Shown here: positions 39,652-50,399 of the stretch, one piece after another
Layout of the letters: every line of letters starts with the position of its first letter
Numbering within the stretch: the first letter of the stretch is position 1
From: an uncultured Methanomassiliicoccales archaeon
GTDB lineage: Archaea > Thermoplasmatota > Thermoplasmata > Methanomassiliicoccales > UBA472
Length of the DNA: 64,000 bases
Reading direction: 5' to 3'
Assembly: GCA_963695345.1 (NCBI GenBank)
Contig: OY968769.1
Location: 1,760,001 to 1,824,000, forward strand
Notes under the pieces: generated by a model
The model's input: the letters and a program-made list of their open reading frames with translations, nothing else
Told to the model about the DNA's origin: nothing
The model's database searches: none
Position numbers and translations under genes: made by a program

Positions 39652-41222
39652 CTGGATTCCTCCCGGATACCATATACTCCGCGCAGTAGGTGGGCTTTGA
39701 ACATCTCCTGCCGGAGCTGTTCCCCGACCAGTATCGACGAGACGCCCTTGTTCCTCTCTTTGAGGAAGCTATCGATATACTCGATCGGAGCGGTCCTGTT
39801 CACCCCTATCGCCGCAGACATCAAGCCTAGCACGCACAGTCCTCCCTGGCAGTACCCCATGCCGACCCTTGTCCGTTTAATGAGGTCGGAGGCATTATGC
39901 ACATCGCCCTTCTTCAGGTGATATTGGATCTCTCCGCGCAACACTCTTTCGCAGGTGCAGACCTCTTCCTTGCCGCGGGGATAGGAAACGCAGTGTTCCA
40001 GGACGTCCTGGTATGCCGAGCCGTTCTTTTTCGCTATTCGCAGCAGTGCCAGGTCATGGATCCCTGGAGTGGGGTCGATGGCCGGCATATCAGAGATGAC
40101 CTCCTTTGCCGTGCGGCATTTGTTGGGATTGTTGATCTTCTCACAGGCCAGGTCCGAGATCTTCTCTGCCATGAGACGGTAGGTGGTCAGCTTGCCCCCG
40201 ATCACGCTGACCAGGTTATAGACATCCGAGCTGGCATGATCAATGACCTTGAAATTGCGGCTGGCGGAGCGCCCTCCCCCGCCCGCGGTTATCAAGGGCC
40301 TGACCCCGCAGTAGGCCCTCACCGTCCTGGCGCTGGCGATTCCCGGAACAACCTTGGCGGTTTCCCGCAGGAGAAACGAGACCTCTGCCTCGGTTGGGCT
40401 GTTCCCATCCCCGGAGGTCACACCGTTAGATGTCGTTCCTATGATCGTGGATGAATGATTGGGGACCACTATGTCTCCGTCGGCTGGAGGCCTGAGGCGG
40501 TTCACAAGCATCTTGCAGAGGCGACCGTTCAGCACCACCAGGGTCCCCTTGTCGATCCGCAGCGACAGCCGTTGACCGGCCATGGCCGCTATTCCCGGCG
40601 ACCAGGCGCCAGCCGCGTTCACTACCACACCCGGGGTGACCGTTTCTATGATGCCGCTCCTGTGGTCCTTGAAACGGACCGCGCTGATGATGGATCCGTC
40701 GACATCCAGTCCGACGACCTCGCAGTAATTGCGGATCCTCGCTCCCTTGGACCGGGCGTCCTCAATGTTTGCCAGGGTCAATCCGAAAGGATCGATGGAA
40801 CCGTCGTCCACCCAGAAGGCCCGGACCACCTCTCCGCTGAGGGAAGGCTCCATCTCCCGGGCCTGATCCACGTCCACCTCCCTGGTATCCACCCCGGCAT
40901 TGCTGCAACCGCGCTTGAACTTCTCGGCGAAACCGAAATCATCCTCTGGCAATGAAACGAAAAGACCGCCGGTGTCCTCGATGAATGGGGCGGCGATCCT
41001 CCTCAGGATGTTGGCCTCCGAGGCGCACTCCTTGGCTGATTCCGGGTCCTTGACCGCGTACCTAGCCCCGCTGTGGAGCATCCCATGGTTGGATCCAGAT
41101 GCTCCGGAACAGAAATCGCCGCGGTCCAGGAGCATCACCGACGCCCCCCTCATGGAAAGGTCCCGGGCGACACCTGCACCGGTGATTCCCCCGCCAATGA
41201 TCAGAACGTCAACTTTCGGCAT
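39648..41222 (-). CDS. glpA: Anaerobic glycerol-3-phosphate dehydrogenase subunit A
   Basis: IIGGGITGAGVARDL, HGMLHSGARYAVKD, GGKLTTYRLMAE, CTCE...RTRVGMGYCQG. Confidence 0.9.
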   Translation of the reverse strand: MPKVDVLIIGGGITGAGVARDLSMRGASVMLLDRGDFCSGASGSNHGMLHSGARYAVKDPESAKECASEANILRRIAAPFIEDTGGLFVSLPEDDFGFAEKFKRGCSNAGVDTREVDVDQAREMEPSLSGEVVRAFWVDDGSIDPFGLTLANIEDARSKGARIRNYCEVVGLDVDGSIISAVRFKDHRSGIIETVTPGVVVNAAGAWSPGIAAMAGQRLSLRIDKGTLVVLNGRLCKMLVNRLRPPADGDIVVPNHSSTIIGTTSNGVTSGDGNSPTEAEVSFLLRETAKVVPGIASARTVRAYCGVRPLITAGGGGRSASRNFKVIDHASSDVYNLVSVIGGKLTTYRLMAEKISDLACEKINNPNKCRTAKEVISDMPAIDPTPGIHDLALLRIAKKNGSAYQDVLEHCVSYPRGKEEVCTCERVLRGEIQYHLKKGDVHNASDLIKRTRVGMGYCQGGLCVLGLMSAAIGVNRTAPIEYIDSFLKERNKGVSSILVGEQLRQEMFKAHLLRGVYGIREESR

Positions 41223-41334
41223 TGGAAACCTGTCCCTGTGTGACTTTGGGAGGTAATACGTTGGCGTCTATTTGTTTGTGACCTTCAACCCAGATAAGAG
41301 TAGAAGGTTACTGCGATAGATTTGATTTAGAAGA

Positions 41335-41412
41335 TGGTAGCGGGGGATCGATTTGAACGATCGGTCTCCGGGTTATGAGCCCGACGGGATGTCCTGGCTA
41401 CCCTACCCCGCT
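41335..41412 (-). tRNA. tRNA-Met(CAU), initiator
   Basis: AGCGGGG acceptor stem with A1-U72, GGG/CCC in the anticodon stem, CAT anticodon, TTCAAAT T-loop, encoded CCA. Confidence 0.95.
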
Positions 41413-41543
41413 ATTGTGGAGTACTCCTAATTGAGAAGCCTTAGATAAAGGTTTCCTAACAATACCGATGCCTGATGCGGTCCCCGGTTGGCGGTTCCAT
41501 GCCCTATGGCAAGTCTAATATCGTGCGCAGAGCATGGTGTGGC

Positions 41544-41711
41544 ATGGACGATATCCTCTCGAAGTATCTTGCCATCGGGATATTGCTGGGCCTGATGGGC
41601 GGATTCGTGACTTACCTATTCACGGACCAGGTATTGTTCATAGAGGCCGGGGCCGCCTTGGGCATCGTCGCCGGAGCGGTTATGGGCCTTCTTCTCTCCA
41701 GGAAGAAATGA
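41544..41711 (+). CDS. Small two-TM membrane protein
   Basis: Two hydrophobic Gly-rich helices and a basic tail. Confidence 0.55.
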   Translation: MDDILSKYLAIGILLGLMGGFVTYLFTDQVLFIEAGAALGIVAGAVMGLLLSRKK

Positions 41712-41714
41712 GGT

Positions 41715-42047
41715 TCAGAAGAACTTGCGGAGGCGCATGACGTCCTCCAGAGAACCCTTTATCTTGATCTTTTTGAGAGCCCAGGCCTTCATCGGCTTCA
41801 TCTTGCCGGTGATCAGTTCCTCGACGGTCTTGGGGTCAGATATGATAGTGACATCCGGGTTGTCGACCATGCCCTCTTTCAGAGAATGGATCTTATTGCA
41901 TGACAGTTCGAAGGAGTAGCTTTCCGTGCCCAAGTCAACGTTCGCCTTCTTCTTGACGCACTCGAGCTCTTTTTGCAGGGCCTCATCTTTTTCGACCTTC
42001 GCGTTGAATTTGGCGATGGTTTCTTCCAGAAGATCTTTTACCGGCAT
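41715..42047 (-). CDS. SCP2 sterol/lipid-binding domain protein
   Basis: PDVTI, GKMKPMKAWALKKIKIKG SCP2 signature. Confidence 0.8.
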   Translation of the reverse strand: MPVKDLLEETIAKFNAKVEKDEALQKELECVKKKANVDLGTESYSFELSCNKIHSLKEGMVDNPDVTIISDPKTVEELITGKMKPMKAWALKKIKIKGSLEDVMRLRKFF

Positions 42048-42051
42048 TAAA

Positions 42052-42696
42052 TCATTCCCAGTCGGTCAGTTTCGCGTTCTTGGATGAGCTCAAAGCTTCT
42101 TTGGCGGTAGCCCAAGATCTGCGCGTATAGGGCGGCAAATCCCCTTTCTCCTTTATCCACTTTTGCAGAAATGAAATGGTCGTCGGGTCGGAAGCGTACC
42201 CCGACCCAATCTCCTGGCCTATCTCGGACTGGATCTCAGACACGATGCGGTCCCGGTTCGTCTTAGCTATGATCGATGCCGCCGCCACGACTGGATAGTT
42301 ATCATCCGCCTTATGCTCGCATACCATCCGCGGGCCATAGCTCAGGCGCCCTCTTACCATCTGGCGAAAGTGGTCCTCATTGACATCGCAGGCGTCAATA
42401 TAGACGATATCCGCCCTCAGCCGGTCGATCAAGGCAGCGAACGCCATCGCCTCAAGTTCGTTCAGTGAGACCTTCTGGCCCCGAGCATCGATCTCCTCGT
42501 GGCTGATGACCTGGAATTCAACTCGGCAGGACTCGCATATCTTCGTTGCCAGTTCTTCCCTGCGGGTCGGGGTCAACTTCTTCGAGTCGCGGACCTCCAT
42601 GCGTCTCAGCAGGACGTCGTCCTCAACGGCCACCGCCGCCACTACCATGGGGCCGAGAACCGGTCCCCGTCCCGCCTCGTCCACCCCGCAGATCAT
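42052..42696 (-). CDS. rnhB: Ribonuclease HII
   Basis: GVDEAGRGPVLG, DSKKL, HKADD, AASIIAK, GSGY. Confidence 0.97.
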   Translation of the reverse strand: MICGVDEAGRGPVLGPMVVAAVAVEDDVLLRRMEVRDSKKLTPTRREELATKICESCRVEFQVISHEEIDARGQKVSLNELEAMAFAALIDRLRADIVYIDACDVNEDHFRQMVRGRLSYGPRMVCEHKADDNYPVVAAASIIAKTNRDRIVSEIQSEIGQEIGSGYASDPTTISFLQKWIKEKGDLPPYTRRSWATAKEALSSSKNAKLTDWE

Positions 42697-43028
42697 AGGT
42701 CCAGGATTCCTCCCGAGCTATTAATCAGTGTCGTGACGGTAACGCCTGCCAACAGAAAGGGACGCCGCTGCCAGGAACATACGTCAGAAGGTCTTCTTAA
42801 ATCGTCCGAGTTACCGGGACGACCATTGACAAGATCCGGACACGAAGGAAACGGTGGCGGACCTTATTCTAACGTATAGATGGTATCAGGATTTTCCCGC
42901 ATCGGACATTCTGGAGTAACGCACCGATCAGGGTCCGGTCCTATGTTCCTGCCCAACAGTTAGAATGGTCGCAAACGAGAGGTTTATAACATATAGCCCG
43001 AATCACGGCGCTAGGTGGTACCATTCAG

Positions 43029-43899
43029 TTGAGCGACGTTCAGAACAGGCGGCTTACCAACGGGTTCATGCTGACCAGGGTCGGGGTTACAGGGGTCAAG
43101 AAGCCTGTAGCGGTGAACCGAGCCGGTCACCTTGTCACACTTACATGCACATTCGATGTCTTCGTAGACCTTCCCTCGGAACAGAGAGGTTCTCATCTTT
43201 CCCGAAACCTGGAGGTCATCACCGATGTGGTGGAGAACAGTCTGAGCAAGCCGGTCAGCGGCATCGAGGTGCTCGCCTCGACCATGTCCAAGGACCTTCT
43301 GGATCGGCATGAGTATGCGACATATTCCGAGGTCAACATCGTCGCCGACTATTTCCTCGAAAGGACCGTACCGTCGGGCAGAAAGACCATGGAGTCCTTC
43401 AAGCTAATGGCCAAGGCCACCAGCCGGAAAGGCAACGGCCTGAAGAAGACCATCGGTGTCCAGGTCATCGGAATGACCGCCTGCCCCTGCGCCATGGAAA
43501 CGGTCAAGGACCTGCAGAAGGGAAACATCCGGTTCAAGGACAATGACCTGCCGAACATAACCCACAACCAGAGGAACGTCGCCACCCTGATGGTCGAGAT
43601 CCCGGAGGAACTGGACATCGAGGCCAACGACCTTATCGAGATAGCCGAGGCATCGTTCAGCTCTCCCACCTATCGAGATCCTGAAACGGTCCGAAGAGGC
43701 CATGGTGGTCATCCAGGCGCACGATCACCCGAAGTTCGTGGAAGATGTGGTCAGGGAGAACCTGCAGCGCATCCTGGCAAAATTCACGGACCTGCCGGAC
43801 GAGACGCTGGTGACCGTTCGGAGCGAGAGCGAGGAGTCCATACACAAACACAACGCCTTCGCCGAACGGGTCACCACCCTCGGCGAGCTGCGTAACTGA
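43029..43899 (+). CDS. mptA: GTP cyclohydrolase MptA/FolE2 (frameshift near 43673)
   Basis: DVQ, RGSHLSR, MTACPCA, HNQR, PKFVEDVVR, EESIHKHNA. Confidence 0.9.
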
Positions 43900-43915
43900 T
43901 CGCTCGGTTGATCCG

Positions 43916-44650
43916 ATGAATCCCAGGTACAAACTGCTGGTGTGCGATGTCGACGGCACGATAACCGACGACAGGAAGCGCATTCAGACGCTCGGTATCG
44001 AGACGCTGCGCCAGGTGCAGGAGAACGGATATACGGTATCGCTGTGCTCAGGGAACGTGCTCCCGGTGGCGTTCGGGCTTTCCACCTTCATCGGGCTGAA
44101 GGGTCCGGTCATCGCCGAGAACGGGGGACTAGTCTCTTACAAGGAGCAGATCCACCAGCTACATTCGGACGAGATTGCCAGGAAGGCGTTCGCCTATCTC
44201 CGGACTAAGATGCCTGAGGTCGACCGACTCTTCACCGACAACTGGCGAAAAACCGAGGTGGCGGTAAAGCGATCGTTCGACCTTGACACGGTCAAGGCCG
44301 TACTCAGTGATTGGAATGTGGAGATAGAGGCCACCGGCTTTGCCATTCACATAATGGAGCCGGGGCACAGCAAGGCGGACGGGGTCAGGAAGGCATGCCA
44401 GATTCTGGGAATAGACATCTCGGAAGTGGTGGCCATCGGGGATTCTGACAACGACGTGAAAATGCTTACACAGTGCGGTTACGGGATAGCGGTGGGCAAT
44501 GCCTCGGAGCCAGCAAAAGAAGCCGCTGACTTTGTGTGCAGCCGACCCCACTCAGAAGGGGTCGTCGAAGGCCTGGCACATCTGGACATGCTCGATCGCC
44601 CGGTGAATTGGTGCGCGTCCTCAGGACACGACGAGACCAGCGGCATTTGA
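43916..44650 (+). CDS. HAD phosphatase (phosphoglycolate phosphatase, TA0175 type)
   Basis: DVDGTIT, IAENGG, AIGDSDND. Confidence 0.88.
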   Translation: MNPRYKLLVCDVDGTITDDRKRIQTLGIETLRQVQENGYTVSLCSGNVLPVAFGLSTFIGLKGPVIAENGGLVSYKEQIHQLHSDEIARKAFAYLRTKMPEVDRLFTDNWRKTEVAVKRSFDLDTVKAVLSDWNVEIEATGFAIHIMEPGHSKADGVRKACQILGIDISEVVAIGDSDNDVKMLTQCGYGIAVGNASEPAKEAADFVCSRPHSEGVVEGLAHLDMLDRPVNWCASSGHDETSGI

Positions 44651-44710
44651 CATCCATCGGTCTTTTTTCTCGGCACAAGATTTATCCCTCGGCATTTCCA
44701 ACAGACAATC

Positions 44711-44890
44711 ATGGACCTGATCGGCCAATGTAGCATCTGTGGACGTCCCGCATACTTCACCTGCATCATCTGCGGACATATGGCTTGCGAACTGCACTAT
44801 GACCGAAAAAGCAAGATGTGCGCGAACTGCAGCCCATCGGCCTCCTTGGAGAATAAGAAAGGATGGGAAGAGGACAAGCTCCTCCGCTGA
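44711..44890 (+). CDS. Small zinc-finger protein, 59 aa (below the ORF-track cutoff)
   Basis: MDLIGQCSICGRPAYFTCIICGHMACELHYDRKSKMCANC: eight Cys/His ligands. Confidence 0.75.
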   Translation: MDLIGQCSICGRPAYFTCIICGHMACELHYDRKSKMCANCSPSASLENKKGWEEDKLLR

Positions 44891-44911
44891 ACAGATTTTA
44901 AATGAATCGGT

Positions 44912-45403
44912 TTAGAGAAGCTTCTTCGCGCTTGCTTCGTCCAGGTTGATGGACTTCAGCAGGTACTTGAGCGACTTCTTGGTTATGATCTCCATGGTCT
45001 TTTCGTCCATGTGCTGCTCGAAGACCACCGGCGCCTTGCGGAAGTACTCGACTCCGAACTCGGAATAGTAGTACGATGCGTCCTCCGGATCCTTCTCGGC
45101 TGCTTTCAGATAGGCAGCCTCTGCGTCATTGAACAATCCAACGTCCATGCAGAACGCGGCCTTTGACTGAAAGATGAACGGGTTGTCCGGCTCGAGCTCG
45201 ATCGCCTTGTTGTAGAGGGCGATGATCTCTTCCTGCGTCACCTTGGGGACGAGAACGCCGGCGTCGGCTTTGGCCAAATAAGCCTCCGCGCTCGTTGGGT
45301 TGGCCTTGATGGCCTTGTCGAACTTGGATAGGGCGGCGGCATATTCGCCTTCGCCCATTGATTGGAATCCCTGCTTCATCAATTTCTCGTAATCATCCGC
45401 CAT
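44912..45403 (-). CDS. TPR-repeat protein
   Basis: FDKAIKANP, YNKAIELEPDN, YLKAAEKDP repeats. Confidence 0.85.
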   Translation of the reverse strand: MADDYEKLMKQGFQSMGEGEYAAALSKFDKAIKANPTSAEAYLAKADAGVLVPKVTQEEIIALYNKAIELEPDNPFIFQSKAAFCMDVGLFNDAEAAYLKAAEKDPEDASYYYSEFGVEYFRKAPVVFEQHMDEKTMEIITKKSLKYLLKSINLDEASAKKLL

Positions 45404-45611
45404 CGGATCACTTAATCCGCAGTAAGTTGTGATAGGTAATAAGCGTTTTCTTTTGAGAGACATTGTCCGTGACAGATGCTGGATGTTAGTCAATTGTCGA
45501 GGTGGCGGGTTCTTGGGCGGTGACAGCGTCCTGATTTCAGTGCGAAAGTTTCACATGACTGCAGTCACTTCAGGTCATGGCGTCCTCCTCAAGAGACGCC
45601 GGGTTGATGGA

Positions 45612-45884
45612 ATGGAAATCGAAAAGGTGAAAAGGGTCGCGAAGGTCGCGAGATTGGAGCTGACGGACGAGGAACTCAAGAAGTTCGCCCAGGATCTCGA
45701 GGACATTCTCAATAATTTCTCAGTGCTGGACGAAGCACCCGGTCTCACCGAGTACGATTTCAACCCCATACCGGTGAACGATGTGCTGCGTGAGGACCAG
45801 GTCGGACAGGAGTTCGATCCGGCAGTATTGCGGGCAATGATGGACACCTACGAGGACTACGTCAGGGGGCCTAAGCTCTCGTGA
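45612..45884 (+). CDS. gatC: Asp/Glu-tRNA amidotransferase subunit C
   Basis: VAKVARLELTDEE, LRED, YVRGPK; upstream of gatA. Confidence 0.9.
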   Translation: MEIEKVKRVAKVARLELTDEELKKFAQDLEDILNNFSVLDEAPGLTEYDFNPIPVNDVLREDQVGQEFDPAVLRAMMDTYEDYVRGPKLS

Positions 45885-47220
45885 GCAGTGGTATCGACGA
45901 GCCCCGCCTGAGGGCCATCAACCAAAGGTATCGCATATTCAACCAGCTCATCGACCGAGAGATGATGGAGGCGGACGACAGCTCGTCGTTCACGTTCTCC
46001 GCCAAGGACAACCTGTGCACCAAGGAGTTCCAGGCGCGGGCCGGATCGAGGATCCTAGAAGGTTACCGCCCGCCATTCGACGCCACCCCGGTGCGCAAGC
46101 TGAGGGAGGCGGGGGGCCTACTGCTGGGAAAGACCAACATGGACGAGTTCGGATTCGGCACCTTCAGCACCAACTCCGGTTTCGACATCCCGCTGAACCC
46201 GTTCGATACTGGACGTGCGTGCGGTGGATCCAGCGGAGGTGCGGCGGCGGCCGCTGCGCTCATCGAAGGCCATGTCGCGCTGGGGGTCTCCACCGGCGGT
46301 TCGATATCTGCGCCGGCGTCCTTCTGCGGTGTCTACGGCCTGACGCCAACCTACGGCCGCGTCTCCCGTTATGGCCTGATCGACTACGGAAACTCGCTGG
46401 ACAAGGTGGGTCTCATGTCCCGTTCGATGGCTGACATCAAGAGACTGCTCCCGGTGATCTCCGGTTCCGATCCGAAGGATCCCGACTTCCTGCACCCAGC
46501 CGAGGCTGGAGATATCTGCGAAGAAGATCAGGCGGTTGGCTTTGCCGACGGAGGCGATGGCGAACATATCGCCGGAGGTCGAATCGACGTTCCGGCAGGC
46601 ATTGGAGACCATAACAAACCAGCTCGATATCGACATTCACGAGGTGAGCATGCCATCGCTGAGGTTCGCCATGCCGGCCTATTACATACTGGCGACGACC
46701 GAGGCATCGACGAACCTGGCAAGGTACTGCGGGATGAGGTTCGGGGTTCCGGAAAAGGACGTCTCGCAGCACTTCAACGATTTCTTCTCCGGCGTTCGTT
46801 CCGAATGCTTCGGACAGGAGGCGAAACGCCGGATCCTTCTGGGGACGTTCTGCCGCATGGTCGGGTTCAGGGACAAGTACTACCTGAAATCCCTGGCAGT
46901 CCGTCAGCTCATCACCAAGGAGTACCAAGCGGTGTTCGACGAGCATGACCTGATCGTGACCCCAACCATGCCCTTCGTGGCTCCCAGGTTCGATGAGATC
47001 GCCAAGATGAGGCCTTTGGAGATGTACTCGGCCGATTTCCTGACCATCCCGCCCAACCTCACCGGGATGCCGCATCTCTCCGTGCCCTGCGGATATGCGT
47101 CGTCGATGCCCGTCGGAATGCAGTTCGTTGCTCCGCACTGGGACGAATCGGGACTGACTGTCCATGGGGGAGGCATGGGAGAGCGTTTTCCAGCTCCGGA
47201 CCCCGGAGGTGATCCAATGA
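45881..47220 (+). CDS. gatA: Asp/Glu-tRNA amidotransferase subunit A (frameshifts near 46490-46520 and 47157)
   Basis: KDN, GKTNMDEFG, GGSSGG, STGGSI, STNLARY, KRRILLG. Confidence 0.93.
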
Positions 47221-48569
47221 AGATCGGCCTGGAGATGCATTTCCAGCTGCCCACCAAGTCGAAGCTGTTCTGCTCCTGCAGCACGGAGGGAGCGGAACCT
47301 AACACCCATATCTGTCCCACCTGCCTTGGTTTCCCCGGTTCCCGGCCGGCCTTGAACCGTCAGGCGCTCGAGTATGGGCTGATGATCACCAAATTCCTGA
47401 ACTGCGAGCTCAACGACCGCATATGGTTCTCCAGGAAGACCTATTTCTACCCAGACCTTCCGAAGAACTTCCAGATCACCATGTACGAGAGTCCCTTGGG
47501 CGAGCACGGCCATTATCAACTGAACGGCAAGCGCATAGGCATCTGGAGGGTCCACATCGAAGAGGACCCCGGCAGGATAAAGAGGGTGGGCCGGTCCGGA
47601 GAGGAGGTGTCGCTCATCGACTACAACCGCAGCGGAGTGCCGTTGGTGGAGATAGTCAGCGCACCGGACATGTCGTCACCCGCCGAGGCCAGGGACTTCG
47701 TGGCGGAACTGCTGGTCGAACTGCGCCATCTCGTGGGTCTCAGCGCCTCGGATGAGCAGGTCGCCCGGTGCGATGCCAACATTTCCGTGGGCGAAGAGCG
47801 CGTCGAGGTGAAGAACATCCTGGGCCTGAAGAACCTGGAAAGGGCGCTGAACTACGAGGTGTCCCGCCAGACCAAGATGCTGGCCGCCGGGAAAGTGATC
47901 GTCCGGGAGACGAGGGCGTTCGACGAGGAACGCAAGGTAACGATGCCGGCCCGCAAGAAAGAAATGGAGGAAGAGTACGGCTACATAGGCGAGCCAGACC
48001 TGGGAGAGTACAACGTCGGGGAGTTCGCCAGAGGACTCGTCCTTCCAGAAACGCCGATCAGGCGCGCCTACCGCCTCGAGCAACAATACGGCATCAACGC
48101 CGTCACCGCCAAACAGATCGTGATGACATCGTGGGGAATGGCCGATCTGTTCGAACATCTATGCGAGAAGATCGAGCCAGAAAAGGTGGTGCCAAAGATG
48201 CTCGGGCCGATAACGTCGAACTGGACCTCCATCGAGCAGAGGCTGGACGACACCATGAGGTCTCAGATCTGCCAGGTCATAGAGGACGATATCAACGGTA
48301 AGATAACCGACTCGGAGGCAAGGAGAGCCATCGCCACCATTGCCGAGGGCGGCAGCCACGTCGTCGAGGAAAAGGTCAATATCGAAGACGAGCTCGTCCG
48401 GTCCGTGAACGAGTTCTTGGATGCCCATCCCGAGACTGTCAGGGACGCCAAGGTCAATCCGAAGGCGGCGAACAGCGTGATCGGTCATGTGATGAAGGCC
48501 ACGAAGGGAAAGTTCCAGTCGAAGGAGATCGTGGAAGCGGTGAAAAAAGAACTGGAGAAGAGGCCTTAG
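47217..48569 (+). CDS. gatB: Asp/Glu-tRNA amidotransferase subunit B
   Basis: IGLEMH.QL, RKTYFYPDLPK, HIEEDPG, DYNRSGVPLVEIV, RCDANIS. Confidence 0.95.
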   Translation: MKIGLEMHFQLPTKSKLFCSCSTEGAEPNTHICPTCLGFPGSRPALNRQALEYGLMITKFLNCELNDRIWFSRKTYFYPDLPKNFQITMYESPLGEHGHYQLNGKRIGIWRVHIEEDPGRIKRVGRSGEEVSLIDYNRSGVPLVEIVSAPDMSSPAEARDFVAELLVELRHLVGLSASDEQVARCDANISVGEERVEVKNILGLKNLERALNYEVSRQTKMLAAGKVIVRETRAFDEERKVTMPARKKEMEEEYGYIGEPDLGEYNVGEFARGLVLPETPIRRAYRLEQQYGINAVTAKQIVMTSWGMADLFEHLCEKIEPEKVVPKMLGPITSNWTSIEQRLDDTMRSQICQVIEDDINGKITDSEARRAIATIAEGGSHVVEEKVNIEDELVRSVNEFLDAHPETVRDAKVNPKAANSVIGHVMKATKGKFQSKEIVEAVKKELEKRP

Positions 48570-50399
48570 GCCTCCTTCTCATCCTCCGCCAGGGAGAGCA
48601 GCTGGAGCTCGTCCAGCTTTGATTGCTCGACCTGGGTCGGGGATCCGTCGACCAGCGATTGGAACTTCTTGTTCTTCGGGAAGGCAATCACGTCGCGTAT
48701 GCTCTCGCAGCCCAGCAGCATGGCGCAAAGCCGGTCCATCCCCATGCCTATGCCGCCGTGGGGCGGAGCCCCGAAGGACAGCGCCTCCAGGAAGAAGTCG
48801 AACTCCTTCTTCATCTGCTCCTCGTCCTTGCCCAGAAGGTGGAACACCTTGCGCTGGACGCAGGCATCGTGGTTCCTCATGGAGCCGGAAGCGATCTCGC
48901 TCCCGTCCAGTACCAGGTCATAGGAGAGGCCCATGATGTTCATCGGGTCCTCGTTCACGCTTATGTCCCCGCTGACCGGTCTCACGAACGGATGGTGGAA
49001 CGAGGTGAGCTTGCCGGTCACCGGGTCGGCCTGGAACATGGGACAGTCCACGATCCACACGAACTGGTGGCCTTTGCCCTCGAGCAGGTCGTTCTCCTTC
49101 GCCAGCTTGATCCTCAGCTGCCCGGCCGCCTTAAGCGTCGGCATCTTCGAACCGGCCAAGAAGAGGAGCAGGTCCCCGGGCTCGGCCTCCATCTTCCCTT
49201 CCAGTCCTCTGCGGACCTCCTCGGGGAAGTACTTCACGATGTTGGAGCTCAGACCCTCCTCGGTCATCCTCATCCAAGTGAGACCTCCCATCCCCTGCTG
49301 CTTGGCCCACTCGATGAGCCGGTCCACCTGTTTGCGTCCGACGTTCGCGTCCAGGATCTTCTCCTTGACCAGTGATGATTTGAGGTTGATGCAGACGATG
49401 GTGCCCTTTTTCTTCAGGATCTGATGGAATATCTCGTAATTGGCGCACTTCACCTCTTCGGTGACGTTTACTATCTCCAGTCCGAAGCGGACGTCCGGCG
49501 CGTCAGTGCCGTACTTGGAGAACGCTTCCTCCACCGGAATTCGGGGGAACGGCGTCTTCAGCTCGGTGTCGTATACCTCCTTCCAGACGTGTGAATACAT
49601 ATCCTCGATGGTGTCGAAGATGTCCTCCTGCTCGACGAACGACATCTCGATATCTAACTGGGTGAACTCTGGCTGCCGGTCAGCGCGTGAATCCTCGTCC
49701 CTGAAGCAGCGGGCCAGCTGGTAATAGCGTTCGACGCTCCCGACCATCAGCATCTGCTTGTAGAGCTGCGGCGACTGTGGCAGCGCATAGAACTCACCGG
49801 GCATGGTCCTGGACGGTACCAGGAAATCTCTGGCGCCCTCCTGCGAGCTCTTGGTGAGCATCGGTGTCTCGACCTCGATGAAGCCTACCTTAGTCCAAGT
49901 ATCTCCGGGCGGCAGAGATGACCTTGTGCCTGAACTGCAGGTTGGCCACCATCTCCTTCCTTCTCAGGTCGAGGTAGCGGTATTTCATCCTGACGTCCTC
50001 GTTCGGCAACGTGGAGTTCTTCTGCTCGGCGATCTCGAAAGGTATCGCCTTGGACGTGTTGAGCACCTTCGCCTCCTCGATGAGGACCTCCACCTCTCCG
50101 GTGGGATTGCGGGCATCCTCGGTGCCTGGAACCCTTTCCCTGACAGTACCGGTGATGGAGATGACATACTCCCTGCCGATGCTATTCAGGATGGAGCCCA
50201 GACCTTTTACGTCAACTGAGCTGGTGTAGGCCTCCGGGTCGAAGACCGTTTGGGTGGTGCCATGTGCGTCCGCAAGATCGAAGAACAGCACTCCTCCGTG
50301 GTCCCTATAGAAGCGAACCCAACCAGCCAGCTTGACTTGCTTTCCGAGGTCCTTTGTTCGAATTTCGCCGCAATCATGTGTTCGGATCATTTGCTGCAA
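48566..50399 (-). CDS. aspS: Aspartyl-tRNA synthetase, bacterial type with GAD insert (frameshift near 49890)
   Basis: RTHDCGE, RDHGG, GARDFLVPSR, ALPQSPQ, RCFRDED.RADRQPEFTQLD, GAPPHGG. Confidence 0.95.

Noticed and set aside
37263-41412. Integrated element at tRNA-iMet carrying glpABC
   Set aside because: I saw no integrase and no duplicated tRNA 3' end, so it cannot be supported.
46536-48569. GatA-GatB fusion ORF
   Set aside because: Indel near 47157; the repaired gatA stops at 47220, overlapping the gatB ATG that follows a GGAGGTGA SD.
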